Assembly: GCA_963675595.2 (NCBI GenBank)
Contig: CAXXLZ010000001.1
Coordinates: forward strand, 160,001-224,000
Source of the DNA: Thermodesulfobacteriota bacterium
GTDB taxonomy: Bacteria > Desulfobacterota > Desulfarculia > JACQYL01
DNA: 64,000 nt
Direction: 5' to 3'
Under the pieces are notes generated by a model that saw only the letters and a list, made by a program, of their open reading frames with translations, was not told the origin of the DNA and ran no database searches. Below, one piece after another: positions 1 to 10,560 of the stretch (its first letter is position 1; each line of letters starts with the position of its first letter). A program made the translations under genes and the position numbers.

Positions 1-3
1 ACT

Positions 4-396
4 TTGCGTCCGGTTGCTGATCTAATTGCAAGGTTGAGCGAGCATCTCAGCTTGTTTCTTTCAGAACCGCTCCGTTGGAAGCCAACAAGCCCGTCAGAAG
101 ACAGTAAGCGAGAGGCCATCGATAGGGTTGAACGCGAGGTTTTTAGGCTGCTTCATGAATTTACATCGGATCGGCTGTTTATCAAGAGAGTAAGCCAATG
201 GAGTCATGCCTATTATGCTCATAGGGGAGCTGGCTCAACAGTGCACAGGGCATATGATATCAGGGATATTTATAACTCTGCAGCGCCTATTCCTGGTGAA
301 ATCCCTACCTCTGATGCCAATAAATTTTTGAATGATGTTAGGCAGTTAGTAAAAGATGCAATTAAGACAGGAGGAGGCAAAATGGTCGCTGCATAA
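4..396 (+). CDS. Hypothetical protein, probably the C-terminal part of a gene running in from the left edge; AT-rich
   Basis: Open frame from the window edge to TAA at 394-396. Visibly more AT-rich than the rest of the window. No recognisable motif. Confidence 0.5.
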   Translation: MRPVADLIARLSEHLSLFLSEPLRWKPTSPSEDSKREAIDRVEREVFRLLHEFTSDRLFIKRVSQWSHAYYAHRGAGSTVHRAYDIRDIYNSAAPIPGEIPTSDANKFLNDVRQLVKDAIKTGGGKMVAA

Positions 397-555
397 GGTA
401 ATTGAGACTTGGGACGAAAGCCGCAAAACCTAAAGCCTGTCATCCATATCAAGTTCGTTCGATATGAATCGGACGAACGGCGACAGGTATGCAGAGAGTG
501 GTTCAGGAAAAGCGAACAGCAGGCTAATATCCGAAAGTACAACAAGAAAATAGAA

Positions 556-715
556 TTTCGGGACGTTGTTGACTAACGTGACAAAATCGATCGGCAGTCA
601 TTTGCCCTTTCATGATGTATTCGAAATGGCGGAAGGCGTTATGTCCAATTGTCGTGCCGTTTCGGCCATGGTGAGGCCGACATTTTCGACCAGCTCTTTG
701 GCCCTGGCCCATGGT
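556..715 (-). pseudogene. Remnant HTH fragment resembling the C-terminus of REP-associated/Y1-type transposases
   Basis: A minus-strand frame not in the ORF track reads ARAKELVENVGLTMAETARQLDITPSAISNTS*, an HTH-like pattern, followed by GTTAGTCAACAACGTCCC. No catalytic region upstream. Family assignment is from recalled pattern only. Confidence 0.35.
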
Positions 716-1067
716 GCCCCTTATCCGGGAGGAGCATTGGAGGGAGGAGGATTTAACGGACAGTTCATTTGTTTGGCTATGCCGATCGACTCGCCTCCCG
801 CAGAAAACGGCCGCGCAAACCTTCCAATGGGTGGCATGAACGTGTCACCATGGTTGAGCGATTGAACTTGAAGCGGCTTGGATAGGACACGGCCGTCTGG
901 ATTCGGTATGGCCGGAGCCATCTTACAGCGAAAGAAGCGGAATCCGTCAATCAGGAATTCCCGTCATTTTTTTGTCCGCTCGATAGGGGCATGGCCGCAT
1001 CCCTCGACGCCGTCCCCCCGCACCCCCTGCCGGGGACCGAAGGCCCCCCGGACCCCCGTTGCGCCTC

Positions 1068-1091
1068 TGCGAATCGCGTACGCGATTCGCA
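1068..1091. repeat. Perfect 24-bp palindrome in a GC-rich REP-like stretch
   Basis: TGCGAATCGCGTACGCGATTCGCA is its own reverse complement. It lies just downstream of the isochorismatase stop. Confidence 0.7.
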
Positions 1092-1147
1092 AAACGAGCA
1101 GCATGTGCCGTCCAACCTATTGAAATACGTAAAGGGGATGTTCCCGC

Positions 1148-1663
1148 TCAGATGACCTCGGTGAACGGCACCAAGGTCACACGCGTTGAGACGGCGTTCA
1201 AGGCGATGTTGTGAATCATCTGGTCAACGGTTGTGCAACAGTCGGGCAGAATAGCGACCTTGTATTTTTCGGCGGACTTGGAGATGGCCGTGTGCGTCAC
1301 GCAATTCTGGGTCATCATGCCGCAAACCAGGAGCTCCGTGATCCCTCGGCTTGAAAGCACTTCCTCGAGGTTCGTCTCAACAAAGGCATCCGCATGCCTC
1401 TTGACCACAACCGGTGCGTCGGGCGCGGCCTGCAAAATCCGTGGATGGATGGCGGCGCCGTCGGTGCCGTGGTTGAAGAACGGGGCCATCCCCTTCTCGG
1501 GATCGGCGATATGTTGGATGTGAATGACCGCGATGCCCTTGCTTTGAGCAGCCTTAACGGCGAGTTCAATGTTTTGCAGTGTGGTTTCCGTGTTCCAGAG
1601 GGGGTATTTTCCCCTGGGGAAGTAATCGTTCTGCACGTCGATCACCAATAGTGCCTTGCTCAT
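1148..1663 (-). CDS. Cysteine hydrolase (isochorismatase family)
   Basis: ALLVIDVQNDYF, K-R-H-A-D-A-F and GMMTQNCV motifs. Start reassigned to the ATG at 1663 (MSKALL). Confidence 0.9.
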   Translation of the reverse strand: MSKALLVIDVQNDYFPRGKYPLWNTETTLQNIELAVKAAQSKGIAVIHIQHIADPEKGMAPFFNHGTDGAAIHPRILQAAPDAPVVVKRHADAFVETNLEEVLSSRGITELLVCGMMTQNCVTHTAISKSAEKYKVAILPDCCTTVDQMIHNIALNAVSTRVTLVPFTEVI

Positions 1664-1865
1664 ATTCGTGTGTCCTTTTCCCGGCAAAAAACGAACGTCC
1701 GGGTCCGGCCTTCGATTCACACTCGCGGCACGGCATGATCCCCACCGCGTCAAACAGTTTTTCAGATATCTTATGTTGATTTCCTATGATTTCTCAATCT
1801 CATGGCGAGGGATGAAGCGCAACGTCGCAGATTGCGCTTTTCAGCAGCCTGGTAGGCAGATATTC

Positions 1866-1895
1866 TTGACGGGGCCCCGGTTCATCGTTTATTTA
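1866..1895 (+). promoter_or_regulatory. Putative sigma70 promoter upstream of the rsgA leader
   Basis: TTGACG at 1866-1871, then a 17-18 bp spacer, then TTATTT/TATTTA. Confidence 0.4.
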
Positions 1896-2271
1896 GAGGG
1901 CCTCCATCAAAAGCAAAAAAAGAGGTCTTTTTGTTTACGAAATCATTGGATCTTGTGTCGATCGTTGCCGACGAGGGGAATATCCTCCCGGTGGCTGATC
2001 GATCCTGATTCCTGCAGTATCCCATCCTGGAAGAGCCGTTCGGTCTTAACCGCCCGTTAGGGACGGTTTCATTCCTTCCGGTTTGTTCCCCAGCAGATCT
2101 CGGATCGAGAATCTACCGCTATTGTTGTCTCCTCTGTCGGCAATTTCGCCTACGTCAAGTTATCGAGCAATGATCAAGAGCACCGGTGGGCTGCGCGTTC
2201 CGCCTTGTGCGGTTTCCTGCGCCGACAAGAACCGGTGAAATAACGGGCAAAGACAGATAGAGGGCACAACA

Positions 2272-3372
2272 TTGAGCGCCAAACAAGATACAAATAGAAA
2301 CGACCACATGGGTCACCTCGCAGGAATGGGATGGACTTCCCATTTTCAGGCACAGGTGGAACACATTTCCAACGACGGGTTTACTCCGGCCAGAGTGGTC
2401 GGGGTGAGCAAGAACAGCTTTCGCGTGAGCGACGGGATGAGCGAACGGCTTGCCGGCCTTGCGGGAAGGCTCAAACATGACGCCGACGGCCTGTATCCGG
2501 TGACGGGGGATTGGGTTCTCGTGACCGACGGGGTGATTTCCAGAGTGCTGGCACGAAGGAACGCCTTATCCAGAGGCGCTTCGGGCGCGCATAACAAACT
2601 GGATGCGCGACCGCAGAAGGAACAGGTCATTGCGGCCAACCTGGATACCGTATTCATCGTCTGCGGTCTTGACCGAGACTTCAACCTGCGCCGCATCGAG
2701 CGTTACTTGACCCTGGTCTACAACTGCGGCCTGAATCCCGTGATCATTTTGACCAAAGCGGACCTTCACCCGGAGCCGGAGCGTTTCATCGGTGAAGTGG
2801 AGGCCGTGGCATTCGGCGTTCCCATACACCTGGTTTCGGCATCGGACGACACGTGTCTGATCGCTCTGGAATCCTATCTGTCTCCGGGTAGGACCACCAC
2901 CATGGTGGGGTCATCCGGTGCGGGCAAATCCACCCTAGTGAACCGGCTCTACGGGAAGACCGTGCAGCGTACGGGCGCCACAAGCACGCATGTGGGCAAG
3001 GGTAAACACACCACCACCTCCCGGGATCTGATCATCATGCCCCGGGGAGGAATGGTGATCGACAATCCCGGGATCCGGGAAATTGCCTTGTGGGAGGTGG
3101 ATCAAGGGATGGAAGCTGCGTTTCCCGAGATTGAAAGGCTGGGACTGGGATGCCGATTTGCGGACTGCAGCCATACTCACGAGCCAGGCTGTCGAGTCAT
3201 TGAGGCGGTCGATAAGGGTGAAGTCTCAAGAGACAGGCTGGAAAACTACCGGAAGATGAAACGTGAACTGGAGTATCAGTGCCTTCGCCTGAACAAGAGT
3301 GCCGACCGGGTGGAAAAGGAGCGCTGGAAAGAGGTCGCCTTGAAGATCAAAGCCATGAACAAAAAGAGATGA
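2272..3372 (+). CDS. rsgA: Ribosome small subunit-dependent GTPase A
   Basis: Circularly permuted GTPase motifs (TKAD, GSSGAGKST, GKHTTT, DNPG) and C-terminal CRFADCSHTHEPGC zinc finger. Confidence 0.93.
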   Translation: MSAKQDTNRNDHMGHLAGMGWTSHFQAQVEHISNDGFTPARVVGVSKNSFRVSDGMSERLAGLAGRLKHDADGLYPVTGDWVLVTDGVISRVLARRNALSRGASGAHNKLDARPQKEQVIAANLDTVFIVCGLDRDFNLRRIERYLTLVYNCGLNPVIILTKADLHPEPERFIGEVEAVAFGVPIHLVSASDDTCLIALESYLSPGRTTTMVGSSGAGKSTLVNRLYGKTVQRTGATSTHVGKGKHTTTSRDLIIMPRGGMVIDNPGIREIALWEVDQGMEAAFPEIERLGLGCRFADCSHTHEPGCRVIEAVDKGEVSRDRLENYRKMKRELEYQCLRLNKSADRVEKERWKEVALKIKAMNKKR

Positions 3373-3411
3373 AGAAGCTGAGATCAGGCATGAGAGGAGC
3401 TCATTGAGATG

Positions 3412-3446
3412 TTTGGGGAACTCTCTTTAAAAAAGGGTTCCCCAAG
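3412..3446. terminator. Hairpin (terminator or REP-like) downstream of rsgA
   Basis: TTGGGGAAC-tctctttaaaaaagg-GTTCCCCAA inverted repeat about 40 nt after the stop. Confidence 0.45.
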
Positions 3447-4285
3447 CCCTTCCCAAACGTTCCGAGTGGGGGCGCCCCGAGCCCCGCGGAAAGACCCGGA
3501 GATGGAGGTTCGACAGGTCAGGGGACCCGTGAGTCCGTCGGGCGAGAGTCACAAACCGGACCGCCGCCTATGACCGAAACCTAAGGTAGTAAGACAAAAA
3601 TAACAATCATTGATTATTGTAATCTATATTTATCCGGAATACGGTCAAAGATTAGAGTATTCTATCTAATTCACAGCTCTTCATTTTTCTTAATAATTTT
3701 CATTGCAGAAGAAGGAGCTCAGCGGTAGTATAGGCAAAAATTTTGTCCCTACTGTCTCAAAGCGAGTCTTATTTGGGTAGCTTCAAGGGATAAAGCGCCG
3801 TGATCCTTAATACCATACATGACTCCTTGCGTTTATCAGCCCCGGTCCCGGGACGATCTCACACCTGCCTGCTCCCATCAATGCTTTGTCCATGAATCCG
3901 CTCAGCGGAGTCGGTTCGACCCGATTGCCCGATCCTCTCTCCGCAAAGCAATATCCGTCCGCCTATTGAGGTACTTCATCCCGGCCGGCCGTTACGGCGC
4001 CGGGTGGTCATAAGCGATCTGTTTCAAGGCGCGCATGCACCGACGCGCGAGCCGTACGAGAGCATGCCTTTACGGTATGGGACCCGGCGGAGTGCTGCGG
4101 GTCCCGCTTGCGATGTCCCTGCGAGGGATGCGGCTCTTATTCGGGAGGTGCGGATTGTTCCCACCGAAAACAAGAGCGGCCCGCCTCTCCCGGTGACTTC
4201 CCGGTAACGATCTCGCTTCACCGTACAAAGATTCAGTCAAAATGATCCTCTAAACGTCGGGCAAGGCAAACAGGGAGGAAGCAGG

Positions 4286-5650
4286 ATGGAGTATTCCTTG
4301 CTGAAAGCGGGCCGGATACGGGGATTCGTTTTCGCTTTCATCACCATCCTGTTGATCTCTTCTTCGGTAGGTGCACAGGGCGGCGATGACGGTGCGATGC
4401 GGATCATTCTGTATAACGCCGAAATCTACACCATGGCCGATGATCCGCCTAAGGCCGAAGCGATACTCATCGACGGGAATCGTATCGAAGCCGTAGGGAA
4501 CAATGAATCGGTCCTGGCTCTCGCCGACGATCATACCGATTTGATCGACATGCAAGGGCGGACCATGTTCCCCGGTTTCATCGATCCTCACACGCATCTG
4601 TTTGAACAGGCCTACGACACGGGATACGACCTTGATTCGGTGCAGCAGGCGGCTTTGGAAGTCGGGGTCACCTCGGTCGGCAGCATGCACGTTACGCCCG
4701 ACCAAGTCCGGGAATTCACGGAATATGCGGACAATGGCGGTATGCGTCTCCGCCTGTATCTTTACCTGATCTACAATGACAGTTGCGGCAACGTGTGGGG
4801 CACTTGGTATGAACAGTACCCGCCGGAAACGGATGTCGCCCCCAAAGTCCGTGTGAACGGAGTCAAAATATTTGCGGAAAAATCTTTGTGCTTCAGTTCC
4901 GATGACTACGAGCCCGTTTTCAGCAAAAGACTTCTCAGGTCTTTCACACCCCGGGGCTTGGCGGAATGGGGAAGCAACCGTGTCCTCTTTACTACCAAAG
5001 AGCTGAAAAATGTGATCCGGAGAGCCACGAATCACGGTTATCAAGTTGCGATCCATGCCATCGGCGACGTGGGTATCAAGGCCGGCCTCGAAGCCGTTGA
5101 ATTCGCACTTAAGCATGCACGCGACAGAAGAAATCGCATTCGCCACATGGTCCTTCACAATCATTTCCTCCCCAACGACCTGCTCCTCCGGTATGCCCGA
5201 AACAACATCGTCGCTCTCGTCGAACCGGCCACCACCTGCCAAGCCGATTACTATCTGGAACGTGTGGGGGAACGCAGCATGAAATTTTTCAAACGCTGGA
5301 AAGACCTTGTCCGGAGCGGCGCTCATGTCGCCCTGGACAGCGACTGGCCCGTGGTGCTTCCTCTTCTGAATCCGATGAAAAAACTCGGCGCCGTTGTGTC
5401 CGGGCGGGCCGGGAGCTGTGAAACGGATGTGCGGCTGCAGACCGTGAGCGTTTCCCGGGGCCTCAAGATGATGACCACGGAGGCGGCCTATGCGTTGCAT
5501 TGCGACGATGACCTTGGAAGCCTGGACATCGGGAAGTCGGCCGACCTGGTGGTTTTGTCGGAGGATCCCCATGAAGTCGCACCCGACGAGATCGGAGATA
5601 TTGAGGTCTTATTGACCATGATCGACGGAACAATCGAGTTTCTCAGGTAA
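4286..5650 (+). CDS. Exported metal-dependent amidohydrolase (Amidohydro_3/YtcJ-like)
   Basis: N-terminal signal-like segment; PGFIDPHTH, AIHAIGD, DSDWP and GSLDIGKSADLVVL motifs; RBS-like GGGAGG upstream. Confidence 0.85.
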   Translation: MEYSLLKAGRIRGFVFAFITILLISSSVGAQGGDDGAMRIILYNAEIYTMADDPPKAEAILIDGNRIEAVGNNESVLALADDHTDLIDMQGRTMFPGFIDPHTHLFEQAYDTGYDLDSVQQAALEVGVTSVGSMHVTPDQVREFTEYADNGGMRLRLYLYLIYNDSCGNVWGTWYEQYPPETDVAPKVRVNGVKIFAEKSLCFSSDDYEPVFSKRLLRSFTPRGLAEWGSNRVLFTTKELKNVIRRATNHGYQVAIHAIGDVGIKAGLEAVEFALKHARDRRNRIRHMVLHNHFLPNDLLLRYARNNIVALVEPATTCQADYYLERVGERSMKFFKRWKDLVRSGAHVALDSDWPVVLPLLNPMKKLGAVVSGRAGSCETDVRLQTVSVSRGLKMMTTEAAYALHCDDDLGSLDIGKSADLVVLSEDPHEVAPDEIGDIEVLLTMIDGTIEFLR

Positions 5651-5839
5651 TTCGGCCCTCGGGCCGGAGAGCGAGCCGGCCATCGGCGGATTGTTTGTTT
5701 GTCTTTACATGTCTTGACCGGGCAACCGCACTGTGAGGGAAGACGATCCACGCTCGGCATCGAAAGAGCACAGGTGTTTGGGGTGAAGACGCTCCTTGGG
5801 TCCGGAAAGAAACAACCGTTGATTCCGAAAGGGATGATG

Positions 5840-8800
5840 ATGAGTGGAGCAAATTTCCGGCCCGTTTGCATTGGCGCGGTTTTGGTAATCGTGAGCTCGA
5901 TATTGTTTGCAAGCTGCAGTTTCGACCTGAGTAGACGTTGGTTGGGCAGGAAATATCTGATACCCGCGAAGCTTGTCGGGTGTAAGAACGAACAGGTATC
6001 ATGCGATATTGGATATAGCTCCGTTTACAATCTTACCATTACGAACAATTTTGAGTCCGGAAAAATATTAGATCGCACTTACGCATGGTATGTTCCAGAC
6101 GTATTAAAAGGAACAACTATGTTCAGAGTTAGCTCAGAGTCAGCATTTGCGTTGGATGCAATGAGTGTAATAACACAAAGTGAAAAATATCATGTTTATG
6201 TTGCGGCTTATGCCGGTAGTATTCCATCGTTTATATTTAGTGATGGGTATGAGCCTGTAACAGACGATAGTGGCAAATATGTTAGTCTTACGAATTTCAG
6301 TAGTGATCATAGTTTAGATCAATCAGTAATGTATGTATACGAAAATGCATCCTATCCTCCTTATGGAAAATGGCACTTTCCTGGATTCTGTTATGGACAA
6401 ACATCTTCACAATGTGAGGGAAAAGAACAATTTTATGCCGTGTTTGTGAAGTGTCCTGTGATATGCACCCCGGACGTGATGAAAAAGGAAAAAAACAAGT
6501 CTTTTACCCTTTGCATATCCGAACATGACGAAGTGAATTATGACCCCGTAGATATAGCTCAGTTAACATGTGATTTGGAAGCATCTCCCGATTATTTTTG
6601 TGAAATAGGTGAGGAGCAGTCGTGGTTTGTCCTGGACGAGCACTGCAGTATCGAGCAAACCTTAAGATCCTACGAGGTCGGGTCGGTGGTGGAGTTCGAC
6701 CCGGTGCGGTCCATCGCCACGATCAAGGTCGAGGACGAGGAATACACGCGGGCCGTACGCGGGGGCCTCGATTTCGAGTACGTGCTGGATGATGAAGTCA
6801 ATCGCCGGATGATCGCCATCAACGTCAACGGCATGGAGGCACGGATCGACGATGTGGAGGACTTTTCCGACATTTCCATGATTTTGCTCGAGCCGTCCAC
6901 GGCCGTGTGTCAGGACGAAACCCCTCCCTCGGGCGAGCCCTGCTCTTTGTACGCCATCGGCAAGAACGATTTTTTCAGCAACGCGAGCGCCTCCTATGAC
7001 GGAGATGTGATCATAGCCACAGGGTCCACGGCGCAACCGATCCAGGTGCGGGTGGATAATCAGGACCGTTCCTTCCACATGGCCGGAGGACCCGTGGTGG
7101 GTACCATCCCCACGGAAGATGGGGACGGCGTCCGGGTGGAGGTCACCCTGGACGTCTACGGCCAAATCGTCAACTTCGCCCCCACGGTGGTTGCGGACCT
7201 GGAATCACACACCAAATCCTCGTGTTCGGACAAGACCAACAAGTCGCCGTTTCAGTTGTACGCTTCCGGGTCTTTCGATGTCTGGGACGACCTGCCCTCC
7301 AACCCCAACCAGTACTTCTGGTACGAAGACTACGGGCTCGTGACGGAGCACCTGTGGGGCCAGGGGACCCACATAACCATTCCGGCGTATTCCATGGGCT
7401 ACGGCGTGCACACCATCACGCTGGTGGTGCAGGACAACTACGGAGTGACGGCCACGGACCGGCTGGAGTTGCAGGTCATTGACGAGTCTTCCCCCAACCT
7501 GACCATTCCCGCGGACATCGTCCGGTTCCTGGTGCCGCCCGAGGAAGCGCCCGTGTACATCGATATCGGCCAAGCCACGGCGAGCGACGGTTGTTTCGGC
7601 TCGCCCGTGGTCACCAACGACGCTCCGCAGGACGGCATGTTCGGGCCCGGTGCCCATACGGTCACCTGGACCGCCGACGACCTTTCCGGGAACGTCACGA
7701 CCAAACTGCAGAAGGTGTACGTATCCCAACCGTACGAAGCGTCCAAGTGTTCGGTGTGGAATATGGACGTGGAGTTACGGGACGCCATCAACCAGCTCAG
7801 GACCGTCATTCGGAATTGTGGCGATCTCCAAGACTGCCTGGTGGACGTGAGCGCATTTACCGGAGCTTTGCACTCCCTCGCGGCCCGGATTCAGCAGGAT
7901 GGAACCGGGGATGCCGGCCTGGACTCCCAGATCGTGGCCAAGCTCGATCAGGCCGGAGGGTTCCTCGAAGGGGCCGAGGCCGATCTTCTGTTGTCCAACG
8001 AGTCGGGTCAGGACGCGTCGACCCTGCGTGCCGGCGCCGTCCAAAAAGTGACGGACGCCTTGGGCGTGCTGGACGGACTGGCACAGCTCCTGTATCCGTC
8101 CGACCGGATCGACGGCGTGTGGAAGGACGGGCAGATCACGACGTCCGCGGTGACCATGAACTTCTATGTCCAGACCTATGCCACGGGCTCCACGCTCATC
8201 ATCGCGTCCCCGGACGGCGACACGGCCTATGCGTTTCTGGATGAGGACGCGTCCGACGGATTCGATGCAAACGATCTGGGCGGCCGGGGCCACCGGTTGA
8301 CCGCCGCGTTTACCGGTAACACCGAGGGAACGGCGACGCTGACCCTTTTGGGCGAAACGCCTAGAACCTACACCCTCAGCCGCTGGTTCGCCGCGTCGGT
8401 GTCCGACGGTCTGTCCGGAATCTACAAAGACTCGCCTTCATCCGCCCAACCCGGCGCCGCAGCGACCACCGTTTCCATGAACGCGTTCGTGCAGAGCTAC
8501 GAAGACTCCTGGATCGCCATCCTTACGCCGGACGCGGTGCATTTCCAGGTGTTCCTCAATCCGGAGAAACGCAGTGGTGCGGACGTGGACGCCATGGGCG
8601 GCGGAGCGCACCTGTACGGTCTTTTTACGGGAGACGGGACGGGCAAGGCCTCCATCGTGTACCCGGACGGCTCGATCGGGCATCTCGACCTCAATCGCTG
8701 GTTCCCGATCTCGTCTTCGGCGGGAATCTCCGGGCGTGTCACCACGGCTTCGGGGACGCCGCTGGCCGGCGTGGAAATGACGTGCAGCGATGTCGATTCC

Positions 8801-10471
8801 GCCGTCACGGACGCGTCGGGGAACTATGCGATCCAGCCGTGTCCGGGCTGGAGCGGCACGGTGACGCCTTCCAAAAGCGGCTGGTTTTTCATTCCCGGAT
8901 CCAGAACCTATGCCGGCCTGGATTCGGACCGGGCGAACCAGGACTATGTGGCGTCCGAATCCCAAACCGAAACGGTTATCCTGTCCGGTTCCGTGACGAC
9001 GGCCTCGATGCAGGGCATCAGCGGGGTTCTAATGACGTTCGGTAACGGTGGAGGAACGGAGACCACCGACGGTCTCGGGGATTACACCCATGAGGTACCC
9101 TACAACTGGAGCGGTACATTGACGCCCTCCAAGGCCGGCTATACGTTCTTCCCATCCTCCAAGACCATTACCAACGCAACCCAAAGCCAAACCCACGACT
9201 TTGTCGGCACGCCTGTGAACGTCGTCATTTCGGGTACGGTCAGTCGGTCTTCCGATAGTGCGCCCCTGTCCGGGGTGTCGATTGCGTACACCGGAGGCTC
9301 CACGGCCACCGACGGCTCGGGGTATTATTCCTTTCAAGTGGCTCCCGGTTGGAGCGGTACGGTAACACCTTCCAAGAGCGGCTACACGTTTTCTCCCGCC
9401 TCCAAGACGTTCAGCAATGTAACCAGCGACCAGACGCAGAACTTCGTCGGCATGGCACAGAACGTCACCATTTCAGGAACGGTGAGCCGGTCTTCCGATA
9501 GTGCGCCCCTATCCGGGGTGTCGGTTGCCTACACCGGAGGCTCCACCGCCACCGACGGCTCGGGGTATTATTCCTTTCAAGTGGCTCCCGGGTGGAGCGG
9601 CACGGTGACGCCGTCCAGGAGCGACTACACGTTTTCTCCCGTGTCAAAGACGTTCACCAACGTAACCGTTTCCCAAACACAGGACTTTGTCGGCACGGTA
9701 CCGGTGATCACCGTCTCGGGAACCGTGTACCAGAATGAAGCGGGCATCGGCATATCCGGCGTCGCGGGGGTCACGATCTCCTATACCGGGGGATCGACCA
9801 GCACAGACAGTTGGGGCTACTATTCCTTTGAAGTGACTTCCGGGTGGAGCGGCACGGTGACCCCGTCCAAAGCCGGATACGATTTCAGTCCTTCCTCCCG
9901 GAGTCTCAGCAATGTAACATCGAATCAGACCGATCAGAATTTCCAGGGCACCACGCAGATGTTCACCATCTCCGGGACCATTACGGCCTCCCCGGGGAGC
10001 CAGCCTTTGTTCGACACGACCGTTTCCTACAACGGCGGCTCCACCACCACGAACAGCTCCGGGTACTACTCGTTTGATGTGCCCTACGGCTGGAGCGGCA
10101 CGGTGACGCCATCCAGGATCGGCTTCAGCTTCAATCCGCCCTCACGCTCCTACAGCAACGTCACTTCGAACAAGACGAACCAGGACTTCGGCGCGGAGTT
10201 GGACATGGTAAACGTTACGGGGACCATCACGTCCTCAACCAACGGCCATCCCATGGCGGGAGTCACGGTGAACAGCACCGGGTCCGGATGGCTGCCGTCG
10301 ACCACGACGGACGCTTCCGGCAACTATCTCCTGATCCTTGCCGCGGGAACCAACGCCGTGGTGACGCCGGCCAAGGCGGGTACGAGTTTTTCGCCGCCGT
10401 CCCGGTCGTATACCAATCTGACCTCGGACCAGACCGGACAGGATTTCGTCGGCGTTCCGGACATCGAATAG
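5840..10471 (+). CDS. Giant surface lipoprotein 1: variable N-domain, PKD/HYR-like Ig domains, tandem GxWK domains, 7 carboxypeptidase-regulatory-like repeats
   Basis: Lipobox-like LFASC after a hydrophobic stretch. HYR-like VTWTADD.GN. Seven ~80-aa repeats (ISG.V...G.Y...GWSGTVTP). Start at 5840 chosen from the AAGGGA RBS and alignment with paralog 2. Confidence 0.85.
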   Translation: MSGANFRPVCIGAVLVIVSSILFASCSFDLSRRWLGRKYLIPAKLVGCKNEQVSCDIGYSSVYNLTITNNFESGKILDRTYAWYVPDVLKGTTMFRVSSESAFALDAMSVITQSEKYHVYVAAYAGSIPSFIFSDGYEPVTDDSGKYVSLTNFSSDHSLDQSVMYVYENASYPPYGKWHFPGFCYGQTSSQCEGKEQFYAVFVKCPVICTPDVMKKEKNKSFTLCISEHDEVNYDPVDIAQLTCDLEASPDYFCEIGEEQSWFVLDEHCSIEQTLRSYEVGSVVEFDPVRSIATIKVEDEEYTRAVRGGLDFEYVLDDEVNRRMIAINVNGMEARIDDVEDFSDISMILLEPSTAVCQDETPPSGEPCSLYAIGKNDFFSNASASYDGDVIIATGSTAQPIQVRVDNQDRSFHMAGGPVVGTIPTEDGDGVRVEVTLDVYGQIVNFAPTVVADLESHTKSSCSDKTNKSPFQLYASGSFDVWDDLPSNPNQYFWYEDYGLVTEHLWGQGTHITIPAYSMGYGVHTITLVVQDNYGVTATDRLELQVIDESSPNLTIPADIVRFLVPPEEAPVYIDIGQATASDGCFGSPVVTNDAPQDGMFGPGAHTVTWTADDLSGNVTTKLQKVYVSQPYEASKCSVWNMDVELRDAINQLRTVIRNCGDLQDCLVDVSAFTGALHSLAARIQQDGTGDAGLDSQIVAKLDQAGGFLEGAEADLLLSNESGQDASTLRAGAVQKVTDALGVLDGLAQLLYPSDRIDGVWKDGQITTSAVTMNFYVQTYATGSTLIIASPDGDTAYAFLDEDASDGFDANDLGGRGHRLTAAFTGNTEGTATLTLLGETPRTYTLSRWFAASVSDGLSGIYKDSPSSAQPGAAATTVSMNAFVQSYEDSWIAILTPDAVHFQVFLNPEKRSGADVDAMGGGAHLYGLFTGDGTGKASIVYPDGSIGHLDLNRWFPISSSAGISGRVTTASGTPLAGVEMTCSDVDSAVTDASGNYAIQPCPGWSGTVTPSKSGWFFIPGSRTYAGLDSDRANQDYVASESQTETVILSGSVTTASMQGISGVLMTFGNGGGTETTDGLGDYTHEVPYNWSGTLTPSKAGYTFFPSSKTITNATQSQTHDFVGTPVNVVISGTVSRSSDSAPLSGVSIAYTGGSTATDGSGYYSFQVAPGWSGTVTPSKSGYTFSPASKTFSNVTSDQTQNFVGMAQNVTISGTVSRSSDSAPLSGVSVAYTGGSTATDGSGYYSFQVAPGWSGTVTPSRSDYTFSPVSKTFTNVTVSQTQDFVGTVPVITVSGTVYQNEAGIGISGVAGVTISYTGGSTSTDSWGYYSFEVTSGWSGTVTPSKAGYDFSPSSRSLSNVTSNQTDQNFQGTTQMFTISGTITASPGSQPLFDTTVSYNGGSTTTNSSGYYSFDVPYGWSGTVTPSRIGFSFNPPSRSYSNVTSNKTNQDFGAELDMVNVTGTITSSTNGHPMAGVTVNSTGSGWLPSTTTDASGNYLLILAAGTNAVVTPAKAGTSFSPPSRSYTNLTSDQTGQDFVGVPDIE

Positions 10472-10560
10472 ACCCGGGCATGGTCCATAGGCATGCCATG
10501 GGATGAAGAACATGGGAATGACGTGCGTGGGAAAACCCCGCGCACGGTGGGGCGTATACG
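10472..10560 (+). repeat. Downstream sequence shared by genes 1 and 4, including a hairpin
   Basis: GCATGGTCC..AGGCATGCC.TGGGATGAAGAACATGGGAA..CGTGCG..GAAAA..CGCGCACGG recurs at 22931-23010. Confidence 0.8.

Noticed and set aside
411-445. GGGACGAAAGCC...CCTAAAG resembling the 3' half of a GEMM riboswitch
   Set aside because: No matching 5' half and no downstream gene in a suitable position.
3580-3830. AT-rich intergenic patch after rsgA
   Set aside because: No credible ORF, repeat or RNA structure found by eye.
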